Of a DNA stretch of 64,000 nt, positions 28,405 to 38,959 are shown one piece after another. The stretch's first letter is position 1; each line of letters begins with the position of its first letter. A model generated the notes under the pieces. It worked only from the letters and a program-made list of their open reading frames with translations. It did not search any database and was not told the origin of the DNA. The DNA lies in contig CAYQNU010000010.1 in assembly GCA_964419055.1 (NCBI GenBank), positions 16,202 through 80,201 of the forward strand. Direction: 5' to 3'. The DNA comes from an uncultured Flavobacteriales bacterium. Lineage in GTDB: Bacteria > Bacteroidota > Bacteroidia > Flavobacteriales_D > Parvicellaceae. A program made the position numbers and the translations under genes.

Positions 28405-29288
28405 AAAATGTAAAAGCTCATTTAGCACTGTTGGCTGTAAACATCATTTATGCATTAAGTTATGATTTTTCCAAAGATGTGCTTTCCACTCACATACCTC
28501 CTTTTGCTTTCATTCTGATTAGAGTCGTTGGTGCAAGTATTTTGTTTTGGACCATCACACTGTTTTTTCCTTCAAAAGCTATCCTAAAAAAAGATTTTTA
28601 TCTTCTAGCCTTATGCGGCTTTTTTGGTGTGGCAGCCAATCAACTGCTTTTCTTTGAAGGATTGAACAACACCTCATCCATACATTCTTCTGTGATAATG
28701 GTAGGCACTCCTCTGTTGGTTTTACTTTTTTCAAGGTTCTTGTTAAAAGAACCGTTAAGCTTAATAAAAATATTGGGTGTATCTATTGGACTTATTGGCG
28801 CTATGCTGCTCATAGCATCAACGGTTACTTCAAAAAGTGAAAGTTCGACCTATGGTGATTTTCTCATTCTATTAAATGCAGCCAGTTATGGTTTTTATTT
28901 GGTTTTGGTCAAACCTCTTATGGCTACCTATTCACCTTTGCAAGTAATAAAATGGGTATTTACCTTTGGTTTAATTATCGTTTTACCATTTGGTTTAAGT
29001 CAATTTGATGAAATCAATTGGAATTTTACTCCTGATGCGATTTGGAAAATATTTTTCATTATCTTTTTTATGACCTTCCTAACCTATTTGCTCACCATAT
29101 ATGGATTAGGTAAAGTAAGCCCTACAATAGTAAGTGTTTACATATACATTCAACCTATTTTGGCAACTGCCATTGCTATTGCATATAACGAAGAGCAACT
29201 TTCTGTAACAACGGTGTTATATGGTCTACTAATTATGGTGGGAGTGTTTTTGATTAGTTTGCCTAAAAAAGAAGCTTCATTGAACTAA
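28401..29288 (+). CDS. EamA/DMT-family transporter
   Basis: About ten hydrophobic helices in two EamA-like halves; the start overlaps the upstream stop (ATGA). Confidence 0.75.
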   Translation: MKNVKAHLALLAVNIIYALSYDFSKDVLSTHIPPFAFILIRVVGASILFWTITLFFPSKAILKKDFYLLALCGFFGVAANQLLFFEGLNNTSSIHSSVIMVGTPLLVLLFSRFLLKEPLSLIKILGVSIGLIGAMLLIASTVTSKSESSTYGDFLILLNAASYGFYLVLVKPLMATYSPLQVIKWVFTFGLIIVLPFGLSQFDEINWNFTPDAIWKIFFIIFFMTFLTYLLTIYGLGKVSPTIVSVYIYIQPILATAIAIAYNEEQLSVTTVLYGLLIMVGVFLISLPKKEASLN

Positions 29289-29423
29289 ATTTAACTTTTT
29301 TGTAAATTTTTTAAAAAAATGTTGATATACGAAGCAACCCTTTAAAAATCCTTTCGTCTATGTATCAAGAGACAATGAGATTGCTACCTCTTGTTTTTAC
29401 TGGTTTTTTCCCTTGCTATATTG

Positions 29424-29455
29424 ACTCCGAGCTACCCACTCGGAGTTTTTTTTTT
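29424..29455 (+). terminator. rho-independent terminator
   Basis: ACTCCGAG-CTACCCA-CTCGGAGT followed by a T10 run. Confidence 0.85.
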
Positions 29456-29671
29456 GCTTTAGGCCTATGATCTGAAATGATTTTTTTTTCTTTTTTTAAC
29501 CGCAAAGCACGCCAAGTTAGCTACACGCAAAGACTTGCAAAGTTTAAATTACAATTATCATTCAAAATTTAAATGTCTTCTTTGTGTCGTTGTGACTTAG
29601 TGGTTTATTTTTTTCTTCGAAAGAGCTACAAAGTTTAATACTTTGCTTCTAAACCCAAAATATCAGCAATT

Positions 29672-32023
29672 CTAAAATTCAATCTTATAGCTCAAATTAG
29701 GAAAGAAACTCGAAGAAGCAACCGTTACTTCTTTACCCAACACTCTATCATATTCTCTGTAAATTGCGTTTCCATTTGAAAATATATTTTTTATTTGCAA
29801 CGACCAAATAGCTGTGCGATTGGGTTTGTTCTTTTTATAAGTAAAGGTAACATCTAAAAAAAGAAGATTATCTTCTCTTAACGAAAAGGCTCTTGCTTCA
29901 TCATAAATGGTTTCATAAGCTAAAATAGAAGCGTCAATGTCGATGGGTGTATAGGGTCTTCCACCCACGTAGGCCAAATTTGTATTCCAACCGAGATAAT
30001 TTTTCTGATCTTTCTTTTCTCCGACAATATATTCTTTACCTGCTAGGAAACGAATATTAAATTGTTGATCAAATTCGGTACTTCTCCAAACGTTATCAGC
30101 TGCTAAATAATGGGAACGAAAATAACTTACGTTAATCATGTAATAGAGCCCTTTTGAGGAGAATCGTTCTAAACCAACATCTAAACCATAATTGTAGCCT
30201 TTTCCATCATTAGTTAAGGGTCTTAAATCTTCCAATTCTGAAATATTGATGATGCTATAAGTTCCTTCATAGGCAATAGGCACATCAAAAAGTTGCTGAT
30301 AATACGCCTCTGCCGAGAAATGGTGATTTTTAAATAACTTTGTTTTAAATCCAGCTATGTAATGATACGCTTTGATGAATTGTAAATTTTGATTGGGAAA
30401 AGATACTTGTCCCAATGTATCTCTTTGTTTGTACATGTAGGTAGCAAAATGCTCAATTTGACTGTGCTTTCCTACGGCCAATGAAAACTTTTGTTTTTTA
30501 TCGTTTGTGTAGGAAATTCCTACCCTAGGCTCAAGACTTTGTTCTTTATTCACATCATAATATAAGTACGACAACCCTACATTCACTACCAACTTGTCAT
30601 TTATGTTAAATTTAGATTGAGTGAAGGCTTTTATAGTATTTGATTGACCCAATCCTGTTACATTGGTATCCACTTGATTGGTTTCAAAATTATATTTCAT
30701 CACATCCCAGTTGTGTTGTGTGTGATTAACGGAAACTCCCGTTTTGTTGTAATGACGTAAACCAAATTTATAATTGTGTTGCAACGAAGCTGAAATAGGT
30801 AACGCTTTATATTGATTGATATTTCGAACGATCTCCGTGTAATCATCTAATAAATATTTTCTATTATCCACTTGATTGGTATAACTACCCAATACAGTAG
30901 CTTTTAAACGCGACTTTTCGTTTATGGTATGTTCATAGGTAGAACCCAACGTAACCGTTTCACTATGCAATACTAAATTAAAACGATCTACATCTCCCTC
31001 CCAAATACTACTATCGGCAATGGCGATACGTTTTCGATCACTGGAACCGGCCATTCCAAAAACTTTCAAATTACCTTTTGGCAAGGCATAATTGAGATTG
31101 AAAGATAAATCATGATAGGTGGGCTGAGTGGGATACCCAATCAAACGCGCTAAACCAACCACAGCGTATCGGTAATTGACAATATAAGATGAGTTTTTAT
31201 TTTTGCTCATTGGACCCTCTGCACTAAAATCGAGGCCTAAGGTTCCTGCTTTTATGGCAAAAATGGGTTTAGTTGTATTTCCTTTTCTAAAATTAACATC
31301 AAAAATACCGGACAATGCATCGCTGTACTCAGCAGGAAAGGCTCCTGTAAAAAAATCACTTTTATCAATAAGGTACATACTAAAAATGGTGAAGGTACCT
31401 CCCGAACTACCGATGCGTGCAAAATGGTTTGGATTGGGTAATTCTACCCCTTCGATGGTATATTTCAACCCTCTTGGGCTATTACCTCTTATGGAAATAA
31501 AGTTTTCTGAAAAGGCAGCATCAGCAGTAACACCGGGTAATGTGCCCGCCACTCGGATAGGATCATCTAAACTACCTGCAATTTTGGCCATATCCTGCGT
31601 GTAAATGGTTTTGGTACTCAGGGTAGCCATATCATTGTTATTTACACTGCGGTCTTTATTTACGGAAATTACCAAATCAGTCAGTTGATTGACACGCTGA
31701 GAAAGTTCGACATCAATAACCATTTCGCGACTGGAGTATAATTCTACCGCAGGAAAAACGTATGATTCATACTCAATGTGTGCAAAAGAAACGGTGTAAA
31801 TACCTAGAGGAACTTCTACAAAAAGATATTCACCTTTGCTATTGGTATACGCTTTTTGAAATTCATTTTGGTCAACGTGTATGGTAACTGTTGCATTTTC
31901 AATAGGTAATTTAGAAAACGTATTGATGACCTTTCCTCTTATATTTTGAAGTTGTTGGCTATAAATTTGAGGTGTCAACAACCCTACTACAATTGAAAGC
32001 AATAAACCAATAATTACACGCAT
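29672..32023 (-). CDS. TonB-dependent receptor with CarboxypepD_reg-like N-terminal domain
   Basis: Signal peptide, then IRGKVINTFSKLPIENATV (carboxypeptidase-regulatory-like domain), a plug region and a C-terminal barrel ending ..LSYKIEF. Confidence 0.8.
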   Translation of the reverse strand: MRVIIGLLLSIVVGLLTPQIYSQQLQNIRGKVINTFSKLPIENATVTIHVDQNEFQKAYTNSKGEYLFVEVPLGIYTVSFAHIEYESYVFPAVELYSSREMVIDVELSQRVNQLTDLVISVNKDRSVNNNDMATLSTKTIYTQDMAKIAGSLDDPIRVAGTLPGVTADAAFSENFISIRGNSPRGLKYTIEGVELPNPNHFARIGSSGGTFTIFSMYLIDKSDFFTGAFPAEYSDALSGIFDVNFRKGNTTKPIFAIKAGTLGLDFSAEGPMSKNKNSSYIVNYRYAVVGLARLIGYPTQPTYHDLSFNLNYALPKGNLKVFGMAGSSDRKRIAIADSSIWEGDVDRFNLVLHSETVTLGSTYEHTINEKSRLKATVLGSYTNQVDNRKYLLDDYTEIVRNINQYKALPISASLQHNYKFGLRHYNKTGVSVNHTQHNWDVMKYNFETNQVDTNVTGLGQSNTIKAFTQSKFNINDKLVVNVGLSYLYYDVNKEQSLEPRVGISYTNDKKQKFSLAVGKHSQIEHFATYMYKQRDTLGQVSFPNQNLQFIKAYHYIAGFKTKLFKNHHFSAEAYYQQLFDVPIAYEGTYSIINISELEDLRPLTNDGKGYNYGLDVGLERFSSKGLYYMINVSYFRSHYLAADNVWRSTEFDQQFNIRFLAGKEYIVGEKKDQKNYLGWNTNLAYVGGRPYTPIDIDASILAYETIYDEARAFSLREDNLLFLDVTFTYKKNKPNRTAIWSLQIKNIFSNGNAIYREYDRVLGKEVTVASSSFFPNLSYKIEF

Positions 32024-32105
32024 TAGATATCAAATAATTTTACACGGCAAAGGACGTAAATTTGAAAATTTACAGCAAAAATTATCTGGTCAAATGACAC
32101 AATAA

Positions 32106-33086
32106 TTACAAAACGTACATAGAGCTTTTTACAGCATCTACAATTCTTTTTACGTTTGGTAAGGCTTCTTCAATAAGTGGTTTAGCAAATGCAAAAGGAG
32201 TATCAGATTGTGTAACGCGATAAACCGGTGCATCTAAATGGTCAAATGCGTATCGTTGAATCCAATAAGCTAATTCAGAAGAGATAGAAGCTAACGGCCA
32301 ACTTTCTTCTACTACAACACAACGGTTTGTTTTTTTAACCGACTCAATTACGGTATCATAATCAATTGGACGAATGGTTCTTAAATCAATCACTTCACAT
32401 TCAATACCTTCTTTAGCCAACACATCAGCAGCAGCAAATACTTCTTTTATGATTTTACCAAAGGTAACAATGGTAACATGGTCTCCTTTTCTCTTTACAT
32501 CTGCTTTACCGATTGGTATTAAGTATTCACCTTCTGGTATCAAACCTTTATCACCATACATTTTTTCTGATTCCAAAAATACTACAGGATCGTTATCTCT
32601 AATAGCTGATTTTAATAATCCTTTGGCATCGTAAGGGTTTGAAGGAGTAATTACTTTTAAACCTGCTACGTGTGCATAAAACGCTTCAAAACTTTGAGAG
32701 TGTGTAGCAGCTAATTGTCCTGCTGTACCGTTACCCCCTCTAAATACAATCGGGCAATGGTATTGACCACCGCTCATTTGCAACATTTTGGCAGCAGAGT
32801 TAATAATTTGATCGGCAGCTAAAATAGCAAAATTCCAAGTCATAAACTCTACAATAGGACGAAGACCGTTCATTGATGCACCAACGGCAATACCTGCAAA
32901 ACCTAACTCGGCAATTGGCGTATCAATAACCCTTTTGGGACCAAATTCATCCAACATACCTTGAGAAACTTTGTAGGCTCCATTGTATTCGGCTACTTCT
33001 TCACCCATTAAAAAAACACCTTTATCAGCGCGCATTTCTTCGCTCATAGCTTCACGTAGCGCTTCTCTAAATTGTACTTCTCTCAT
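32106..33086 (-). CDS. pdhB: pyruvate/2-oxoacid dehydrogenase E1 component beta subunit
   Basis: 326 aa with transketolase-like pyrimidine-binding and C-terminal domains (REALREAM.EEM, DTPI.E.GFAGIAVGA). Confidence 0.85.
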   Translation of the reverse strand: MREVQFREALREAMSEEMRADKGVFLMGEEVAEYNGAYKVSQGMLDEFGPKRVIDTPIAELGFAGIAVGASMNGLRPIVEFMTWNFAILAADQIINSAAKMLQMSGGQYHCPIVFRGGNGTAGQLAATHSQSFEAFYAHVAGLKVITPSNPYDAKGLLKSAIRDNDPVVFLESEKMYGDKGLIPEGEYLIPIGKADVKRKGDHVTIVTFGKIIKEVFAAADVLAKEGIECEVIDLRTIRPIDYDTVIESVKKTNRCVVVEESWPLASISSELAYWIQRYAFDHLDAPVYRVTQSDTPFAFAKPLIEEALPNVKRIVDAVKSSMYVL

Positions 33087-33224
33087 TGCTTATGACTTAA
33101 TTCAAATTATAGAGTGCAAAACTATAATTAAATCTGATATATTGGTACAATTAGGGCATAGAAATTAGTTTATGAAACCTGTTTCGCGAAGGAATGAGAT
33201 AAAAGAGTGTTATCTTCGGCATTG

Positions 33225-33308
33225 TTCTCGATACAATTTTCTATTTTACGATCGATTTTTAACAAAATCAATGTAAAATTTACGAAAATTACTCGAACGG
33301 ACTAGTAG
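33225..33308 (+). repeat. dispersed intergenic repeat, copy B
   Basis: TTCTCGATACAATTTTCTATTTTACGA...AACAAAATCAATGTAAAATTTACGA...CTCGAACGGACTAGTAG aligns with 13469-13566. Confidence 0.6.
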
Positions 33309-33355
33309 TATATATTTGGAACTGACTAGTACTGATAAATCCTAAATTGAAAAAA

Positions 33356-34324
33356 TCATTTTGCATTAGCCTCTAGATGACATTCGTAAACAGTGTCATT
33401 AGCTTTGTATATCAATTCTCTAAGCGATAGCAGCGAAGCTAAGGCTACTTGAGAATAATTTTGCGAGGCATTTTTAAACCCCCCATATTCATTTTGCCAC
33501 ATTTGCCTGATCAATTCTTGACCTCCTCTTTTTGGATTCATATGGGTCATTAATCCTTGTACATTGCCTGCTCCTGCATGATAAATATGCAACACAAACA
33601 AACGAAACCAAAGGTCGGTTTCATGATACCCTAAATTGTGTCGGTCTAATATCCTTTTTGCTTCGGGAATACAGGTTTTTCTCAATAAACTGGCTGCTCC
33701 CATAGCTGATTTATCAAAATCTTCTCGTTCGTCCACCGTTTTGTTCACCGTGAGGCCATGGTTAATGGCCACTGATTTCATTAGTTGAAAAGGACCATAA
33801 GCTCCCACTGTACTGTAAGCCAATTTTCCTGGACTTTCTATCAATAAGATGGTTTGAGCATACCAAGGATCGGTTTTATAATGCTGAAAAATAGCTATTG
33901 CTTTAGAAATACTAGGCATTACTTTATTAAAATCATAAAAATGACTTTTTCCACTGGTCACATACAACAAGGTGCTATCAGGTAATCTAAACTTCTTGCG
34001 AATACTGTCCTTGTAGATGGTTTTTTCGGCTTCCGTTTGTGATTTCCATTTTTTAAAAGATTCTTTTCCTAAAATTTTTCGATTAGAGGCAATATTGATT
34101 AAACACGAATCGGGTGTCAAACGCATAATCTCTTGCCAAAAGAGCGGCTGACCCAGTGTATCCCATTTTTCCTCAACTAAATTATTCGTACATACAAAAA
34201 CCCGCTGCAAGGTATCACCCCGCTTATGTGTTTCAATTAATCTACAATTTTGTGCAGACACTAATTGACCGAACCATAAGATTGCGACAAGAACAACTAA
34301 AATTTTGAAACGGGAATAAACCAT
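33356..34324 (-). CDS. lytic transglycosylase (SLT-domain) protein
   Basis: Signal peptide. Catalytic-region motif LLIESPGKLAYSTVGAYGPFQLM is of the SLT type (ES...GA.G..QLM). Confidence 0.7.
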   Translation of the reverse strand: MVYSRFKILVVLVAILWFGQLVSAQNCRLIETHKRGDTLQRVFVCTNNLVEEKWDTLGQPLFWQEIMRLTPDSCLINIASNRKILGKESFKKWKSQTEAEKTIYKDSIRKKFRLPDSTLLYVTSGKSHFYDFNKVMPSISKAIAIFQHYKTDPWYAQTILLIESPGKLAYSTVGAYGPFQLMKSVAINHGLTVNKTVDEREDFDKSAMGAASLLRKTCIPEAKRILDRHNLGYHETDLWFRLFVLHIYHAGAGNVQGLMTHMNPKRGGQELIRQMWQNEYGGFKNASQNYSQVALASLLSLRELIYKANDTVYECHLEANAK

Positions 34325-34501
34325 AATAATGAATTAATTACAACAATAAGTAGCTAAATAACCTCTTTATCAAATATAAAGTTACAGGTTATTTACAAAA
34401 ATTCAAACAAAAATTTGTTAATCTATTATTTTATGTACCAAAGATTAATAAACGAATTGACCAAAAAGTTTTACATTTAACCCAAATTTCAACACCATTT
34501 A

Positions 34502-36343
34502 ATGAAGAGTGAAGTATACATAAGGACCTCCAACTACCTTTCTAAATGGATTGTTATTTTATTGGCTTTTTATACAATTAATGGTTTTGGACAAGATGTA
34601 ACCAAAATTGAATCCTACTTAAAAACCATTTCTTTAGGCAAGCAGGATACCACTACAATTAATGCTTACAATGAATTAGCAACAGAATTCTTGGGCAATT
34701 CAGATGAAAAAGCAAAAGAATATGCCACAAAAGGACTTCAATTAGGCAAGAAGCTAAATCAAGCTAAACATCAATCTTGGTCACTCAATTTAATTGGCAT
34801 GTCCTATGACTATTTAGGTAAACCCGATAGCGCTTTGTATTTTTACTATGAGTCCATCAAATTAAAAGCAGCCTTAAATGACTTAGATGGTTTAGGTGCT
34901 GTTTATATGAATATTGGTGTGTTATATTATTATCAGAATGACATAAAAAATGCATTATCTAACTATGATATTGCCCTAGAGTTTTATATAAAATCGAATA
35001 ATTTGAGCAAAGTTGCCGGCATATTAAATAACAAAGCCATTTTGTTCAGAGAAGAAAAAAAGTATGCAGAAGCTTTGGAGGTATTTAACCAATCTCTCAA
35101 AATAAAAAACGAACTAAAAGATACCATTGGAATTGCTAATGCATTGGGTAATATAGGCGTTGTAAATCAATATCTAGGAAATTATGAGTTGGCAGAGGAA
35201 TATTATAAAAAATCATTATTCTTCGATAGCATCATTTCAAATCATTATAATCTGGTATCCTCCTATCTTAGTTTAGCTGAATTGCATCTCATTGAAAAAC
35301 ATTTTAATGAAACAAAAAAATATTTAGATCAATCTATTGTGTTGGGTGAAAAAATAAAAGCCATTCATTATTTAGATGATGCTTTCAAGTTGTATGCAGT
35401 ATATGACAGTATAATGGGCGATTTTGAAATGGCATTTTACCATCAAAAAAAGGCTCAATATTATGCTAACGAGGTGGCTAATGAAGAGCGCATACAGCAA
35501 ATGGATAAATTGAATGTGCTTTATAAGACCGAAGAAAAAGAACAGGCCATTACCAACCTCAAGGCACAAACGGAATTAGACCAGTTAAAAATTTCATCTA
35601 AAAACACGCAACTAGCCTTGATGATTGCCTTATTCATTCTGCTATTGGTTGCTTCATTTTATATGGTTTATATTTATCGAAAAATAAATCAAAACAGGAA
35701 AGAACTCGATCAAAAAAATAAAATCATTTCCCATTCTTTAGAAGAGAAAGAAGTGCTGCTGAAAGAAATTCATCATAGGGTGAAAAATAATCTACAAGTG
35801 ATTTCTAGCTTATTGAATTTACAATCAAGGTATATTAAAGATTCCCGGGCAATTGAAGCCATAAATGAAAGTAAAGAACGCATAAATGCCATATCCCTTT
35901 TGCATAAAGAAATATACCAAAACGAAGTGCTGAAAGAGATTCATACGAAAAACTATTTTGAGAATTTAATTGATACCATACAGAATACATTTGATCCAGA
36001 TAAACGCATCCAACTCCTGCTTGATATAGAGGACATACATTTAGATATTGATACGCTTATTCCTTTGGGGTTAATCGTTAATGAAATTTTTACTAACTGT
36101 TACAAATATGGAACTACCCAAGATAATCCACAATTTGTGTTTACATTTAAAAAAAGAGATTCACAGATATACCTTATTGTAAAAGACAATGGAAAGGGTT
36201 TTCCAGTGGGGATGAATAGTGAAAATATAGATTCTTTGGGGCTAAAGTTGATTTCCTTATTTTCAAAAAAGTTACAAGCAGAATTGAACTACACGTCAAA
36301 TGGTGGAGCACAAGTTGAAATTTCATTTAAATTTGTAAAATAA
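34502..36343 (+). CDS. TPR-repeat sensor histidine kinase (HisKA_2 type)
   Basis: N-terminal hydrophobic segment, ~8 TPR units, a TM helix ([22 protein letters not shown]), H-box [20 protein letters not shown] and a HATPase_c tail. Confidence 0.85.
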   Translation: MKSEVYIRTSNYLSKWIVILLAFYTINGFGQDVTKIESYLKTISLGKQDTTTINAYNELATEFLGNSDEKAKEYATKGLQLGKKLNQAKHQSWSLNLIGMSYDYLGKPDSALYFYYESIKLKAALNDLDGLGAVYMNIGVLYYYQNDIKNALSNYDIALEFYIKSNNLSKVAGILNNKAILFREEKKYAEALEVFNQSLKIKNELKDTIGIANALGNIGVVNQYLGNYELAEEYYKKSLFFDSIISNHYNLVSSYLSLAELHLIEKHFNETKKYLDQSIVLGEKIKAIHYLDDAFKLYAVYDSIMGDFEMAFYHQKKAQYYANEVANEERIQQMDKLNVLYKTEEKEQAITNLKAQTELDQLKISSKNTQLALMIALFILLLVASFYMVYIYRKINQNRKELDQKNKIISHSLEEKEVLLKEIHHRVKNNLQVISSLLNLQSRYIKDSRAIEAINESKERINAISLLHKEIYQNEVLKEIHTKNYFENLIDTIQNTFDPDKRIQLLLDIEDIHLDIDTLIPLGLIVNEIFTNCYKYGTTQDNPQFVFTFKKRDSQIYLIVKDNGKGFPVGMNSENIDSLGLKLISLFSKKLQAELNYTSNGGAQVEISFKFVK

Positions 36344-36957
36344 TGACGGATATCTATATACTTGTTGTTGAGGACGATCCAGTAATAGCGGAAGATATTT
36401 GCTTTTATTTGCAAGATGCGGGCTATAAAAACAGCTTGGTTGCTTACAATTGGGAATCGGCTATTTCCATTTTAAACCATAGAACCGTAGATTTTATTTT
36501 CTTGGATTACCATTTAAACGACCATAAATCGGGAGTAGATATTGCTAAAGAAATTAACCTCAATTATCATTTACCTTTCGCATTTATCACTTCCTATTCG
36601 GACAAAAAATCGATAGACGAAATAAAAGTATTGCACCCAGTGGGTTATATCGTAAAACCATTTAACGGCAAAGATATTCCAGCCGTATTGCAATTAGGAC
36701 TGGAACTGTATTATTCATACATGGAACACAAGGGCGTTTTTGACATCACTAAATTAAACGTATTTTTATCAGATCCGCTAACATCTAAGGAATTAGACGT
36801 TGTAATGAAGCTATTGGAAGGTAAAAGAAACCAACAAATTTCGGATGAATTGTTTGTTTCAATTAATACTACAAAAACTCATTTAAAAAATATCTTCATC
36901 AAAATGAATGTAACATCTAGAACAGAGGCTATGAGTATTTTATCAAGATGTAAGTAG
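36343..36957 (+). CDS. response regulator, REC + LuxR-type HTH
   Basis: Receiver motifs VVEDD, FIFLDYHL and VKP. C-terminal LTSKELDVVMKLLEGKRNQQISDELFVSINTTKTHLKNIF. The ATG overlaps the kinase stop. Confidence 0.85.
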   Translation: MTDIYILVVEDDPVIAEDICFYLQDAGYKNSLVAYNWESAISILNHRTVDFIFLDYHLNDHKSGVDIAKEINLNYHLPFAFITSYSDKKSIDEIKVLHPVGYIVKPFNGKDIPAVLQLGLELYYSYMEHKGVFDITKLNVFLSDPLTSKELDVVMKLLEGKRNQQISDELFVSINTTKTHLKNIFIKMNVTSRTEAMSILSRCK

Positions 36958-37045
36958 TTATTTTTTTTGATTTTAAATATCACTCAAAGGGGTGAGAAGG
37001 GTATTTTTCAATCGTATTACTTTTGATTATTAAAAATTAATTACA

Positions 37046-38290
37046 ATGAAAAAATATCTTTTTACGAGCTTGGTATTGTTTGCAACATCCTACTCAGCTC
37101 AAGTATTTACCCCTACCGATTTTAGCAGTGACGGGTATCCATTTAGCATTGGTTTTCCTGCTAAAATAACAAAAACCACCAATCCTTCTACGCACGATAC
37201 TATGCTAACGGCTCATGCTACCTATTCGGGGATAACTTATGCCATATCTGTTTCGAAGGTAAAATCTATTGAAATTGCTGAAAAGTCGAGTGTATCTGTT
37301 ATATCAAAATTAGAGTCAAAAGCTGCTCAAGTAGATGCGAAAAAGTCATCTGATATTGCTGGAAATCCCTGCACGGTGTTGAACTACAAAAATGACAAAG
37401 GTTCGTTTATTACGATGAATTGTTTTAGCAAAGATCGTTACATTTATCAAGTGTACACGTTGAATAAAAATGGGTATTTAAATGACGCATCCAACGGATT
37501 GTATTTTAAAACCCTTTCAATTAGCTCCAAACCAAACAAAGGAAATGGAGTAATTACGCAAAACACTCCCAATTCAACAACCACTACTTCTTCAACTCCT
37601 TCTACCGTTACAACCCAACAAGTTACCCAATCATCGGGTTGGAAAGTAAATGATCGCGCTGAAATTTTTGACACCAAAGAGAATAAATGGTTTGGATGTA
37701 TTATTCTAAAAGACAATGGAAACAATACGTATAAAATAGGCTATGATGGATATGGTGACACGTATGATGAAGATGTTGAGGCATCTCGAATAATGAAGCC
37801 CACTTCAAACACTACTCCAACAAATGTTGGATATATTAGAGCAGTAAAGGGAAGCACCGTTTCTATAAAAGGGAACTTAAAAAATGGTCAACTAATGGAA
37901 GATTTAGAATGGGCTGAATCCAGTTCAATGGCGTGTTGGGTTGGCATAAGAAATGTAGAGTTTGAAGGCAATCATTTGGGCTATTGGATTGATTTACCTA
38001 AAAAATCCATAGTAAAAATAACGGTTACTCCAACCAGTTCAAAAACAAGAATCAACTTGTATGGATATTCAGGATATGATTTTATAAAAATACCACCTTA
38101 TGTTAGCCGTTGCACCAGTTGTGAAGCTTCTTTTCCTGAGTGGATTGGACAACCCAATTTGTCTGAACCAGCAAAACCTCAAACCATTGAATTTAATGCC
38201 ACTACCATCCGTAACAGAGTATACATTGGTGTAGCAGGGGCAAGAAATGTGTTAGATGGAGAATTTACATTAACGATAGAGATGCAATAA
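37046..38290 (+). CDS. secreted hypothetical protein
   Basis: Signal peptide ..SYSAQV, a Thr/Ser-rich linker (TTTTSSTPSTVTTQQ), and a short Tudor/SH3-like segment (WKVNDRAEIFD..NKWFGCIILK). Confidence 0.6.
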   Translation: MKKYLFTSLVLFATSYSAQVFTPTDFSSDGYPFSIGFPAKITKTTNPSTHDTMLTAHATYSGITYAISVSKVKSIEIAEKSSVSVISKLESKAAQVDAKKSSDIAGNPCTVLNYKNDKGSFITMNCFSKDRYIYQVYTLNKNGYLNDASNGLYFKTLSISSKPNKGNGVITQNTPNSTTTTSSTPSTVTTQQVTQSSGWKVNDRAEIFDTKENKWFGCIILKDNGNNTYKIGYDGYGDTYDEDVEASRIMKPTSNTTPTNVGYIRAVKGSTVSIKGNLKNGQLMEDLEWAESSSMACWVGIRNVEFEGNHLGYWIDLPKKSIVKITVTPTSSKTRINLYGYSGYDFIKIPPYVSRCTSCEASFPEWIGQPNLSEPAKPQTIEFNATTIRNRVYIGVAGARNVLDGEFTLTIEMQ

Positions 38291-38312
38291 CCAATAACAA
38301 TTTGAAACAAAA

Positions 38313-38346
38313 AAAAGGGGAATTAATTTTAGTTAATTCCCCTTTT
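38313..38346. terminator. bidirectional terminator hairpin between convergent genes
   Basis: AAAAGGGGAATTAA-TTTTAG-TTAATTCCCCTTTT, with A/T runs on both sides. Confidence 0.8.
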
Positions 38347-38370
38347 AAATTTTAATTTATTTAGAAATCA

Positions 38371-38910
38371 TTATGCTTTCTTTTTCAATGTCATAGTAGC
38401 GCTTGTTCCTTTTACCATTGCATTTACGTCAACACCCTCAGGCATTTCGGCCATAGCTTCATCAAATTCAGCACCCATTACTTTTTTCATTTGCTCCATT
38501 GCAGATTCAGCTGTTAAATGTAAAACAACTTTATCTTTAGATGATTCAGTAACTTCGATAGAAAATTCAAATTTTTGACCTTCCAATTCTCCAGAAAGAA
38601 CCAAATTGCTGCCGTCAACTTTCCAAGAAAAATCTTTAGTTTCACCTGTAGGTCCAACTGTTAAAACACCGCCTTCTTTAAAATCAATTACTACTTGTTC
38701 AGCAACAAATTGCATTCCTTTTACTTCACTTACTCCCGCTTCAACTTCTGGTTTAAATTCAGGTGGAATTCCATCACCTAATTTTACATCTAGGCTTGAC
38801 AAATCAGCTGTCCACTGACCTACGATGTCTTTCTCTAAGCTACCACCACAAGAGTTTAACCCAAATACTGAAGCCGTAAGGAATAATCCGAAAATAATTG
38901 ATTTTTTCAT
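38371..38910 (-). CDS. lipoprotein, hypothetical
   Basis: Lipobox LNSCGG; no other motif recognised. Confidence 0.6.
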   Translation of the reverse strand: MKKSIIFGLFLTASVFGLNSCGGSLEKDIVGQWTADLSSLDVKLGDGIPPEFKPEVEAGVSEVKGMQFVAEQVVIDFKEGGVLTVGPTGETKDFSWKVDGSNLVLSGELEGQKFEFSIEVTESSKDKVVLHLTAESAMEQMKKVMGAEFDEAMAEMPEGVDVNAMVKGTSATMTLKKKA

Positions 38911-38959
38911 GTTTTTTGATTTTGGTTTTTATTTGTTTTATTTAGAATTTAACGTTTTT

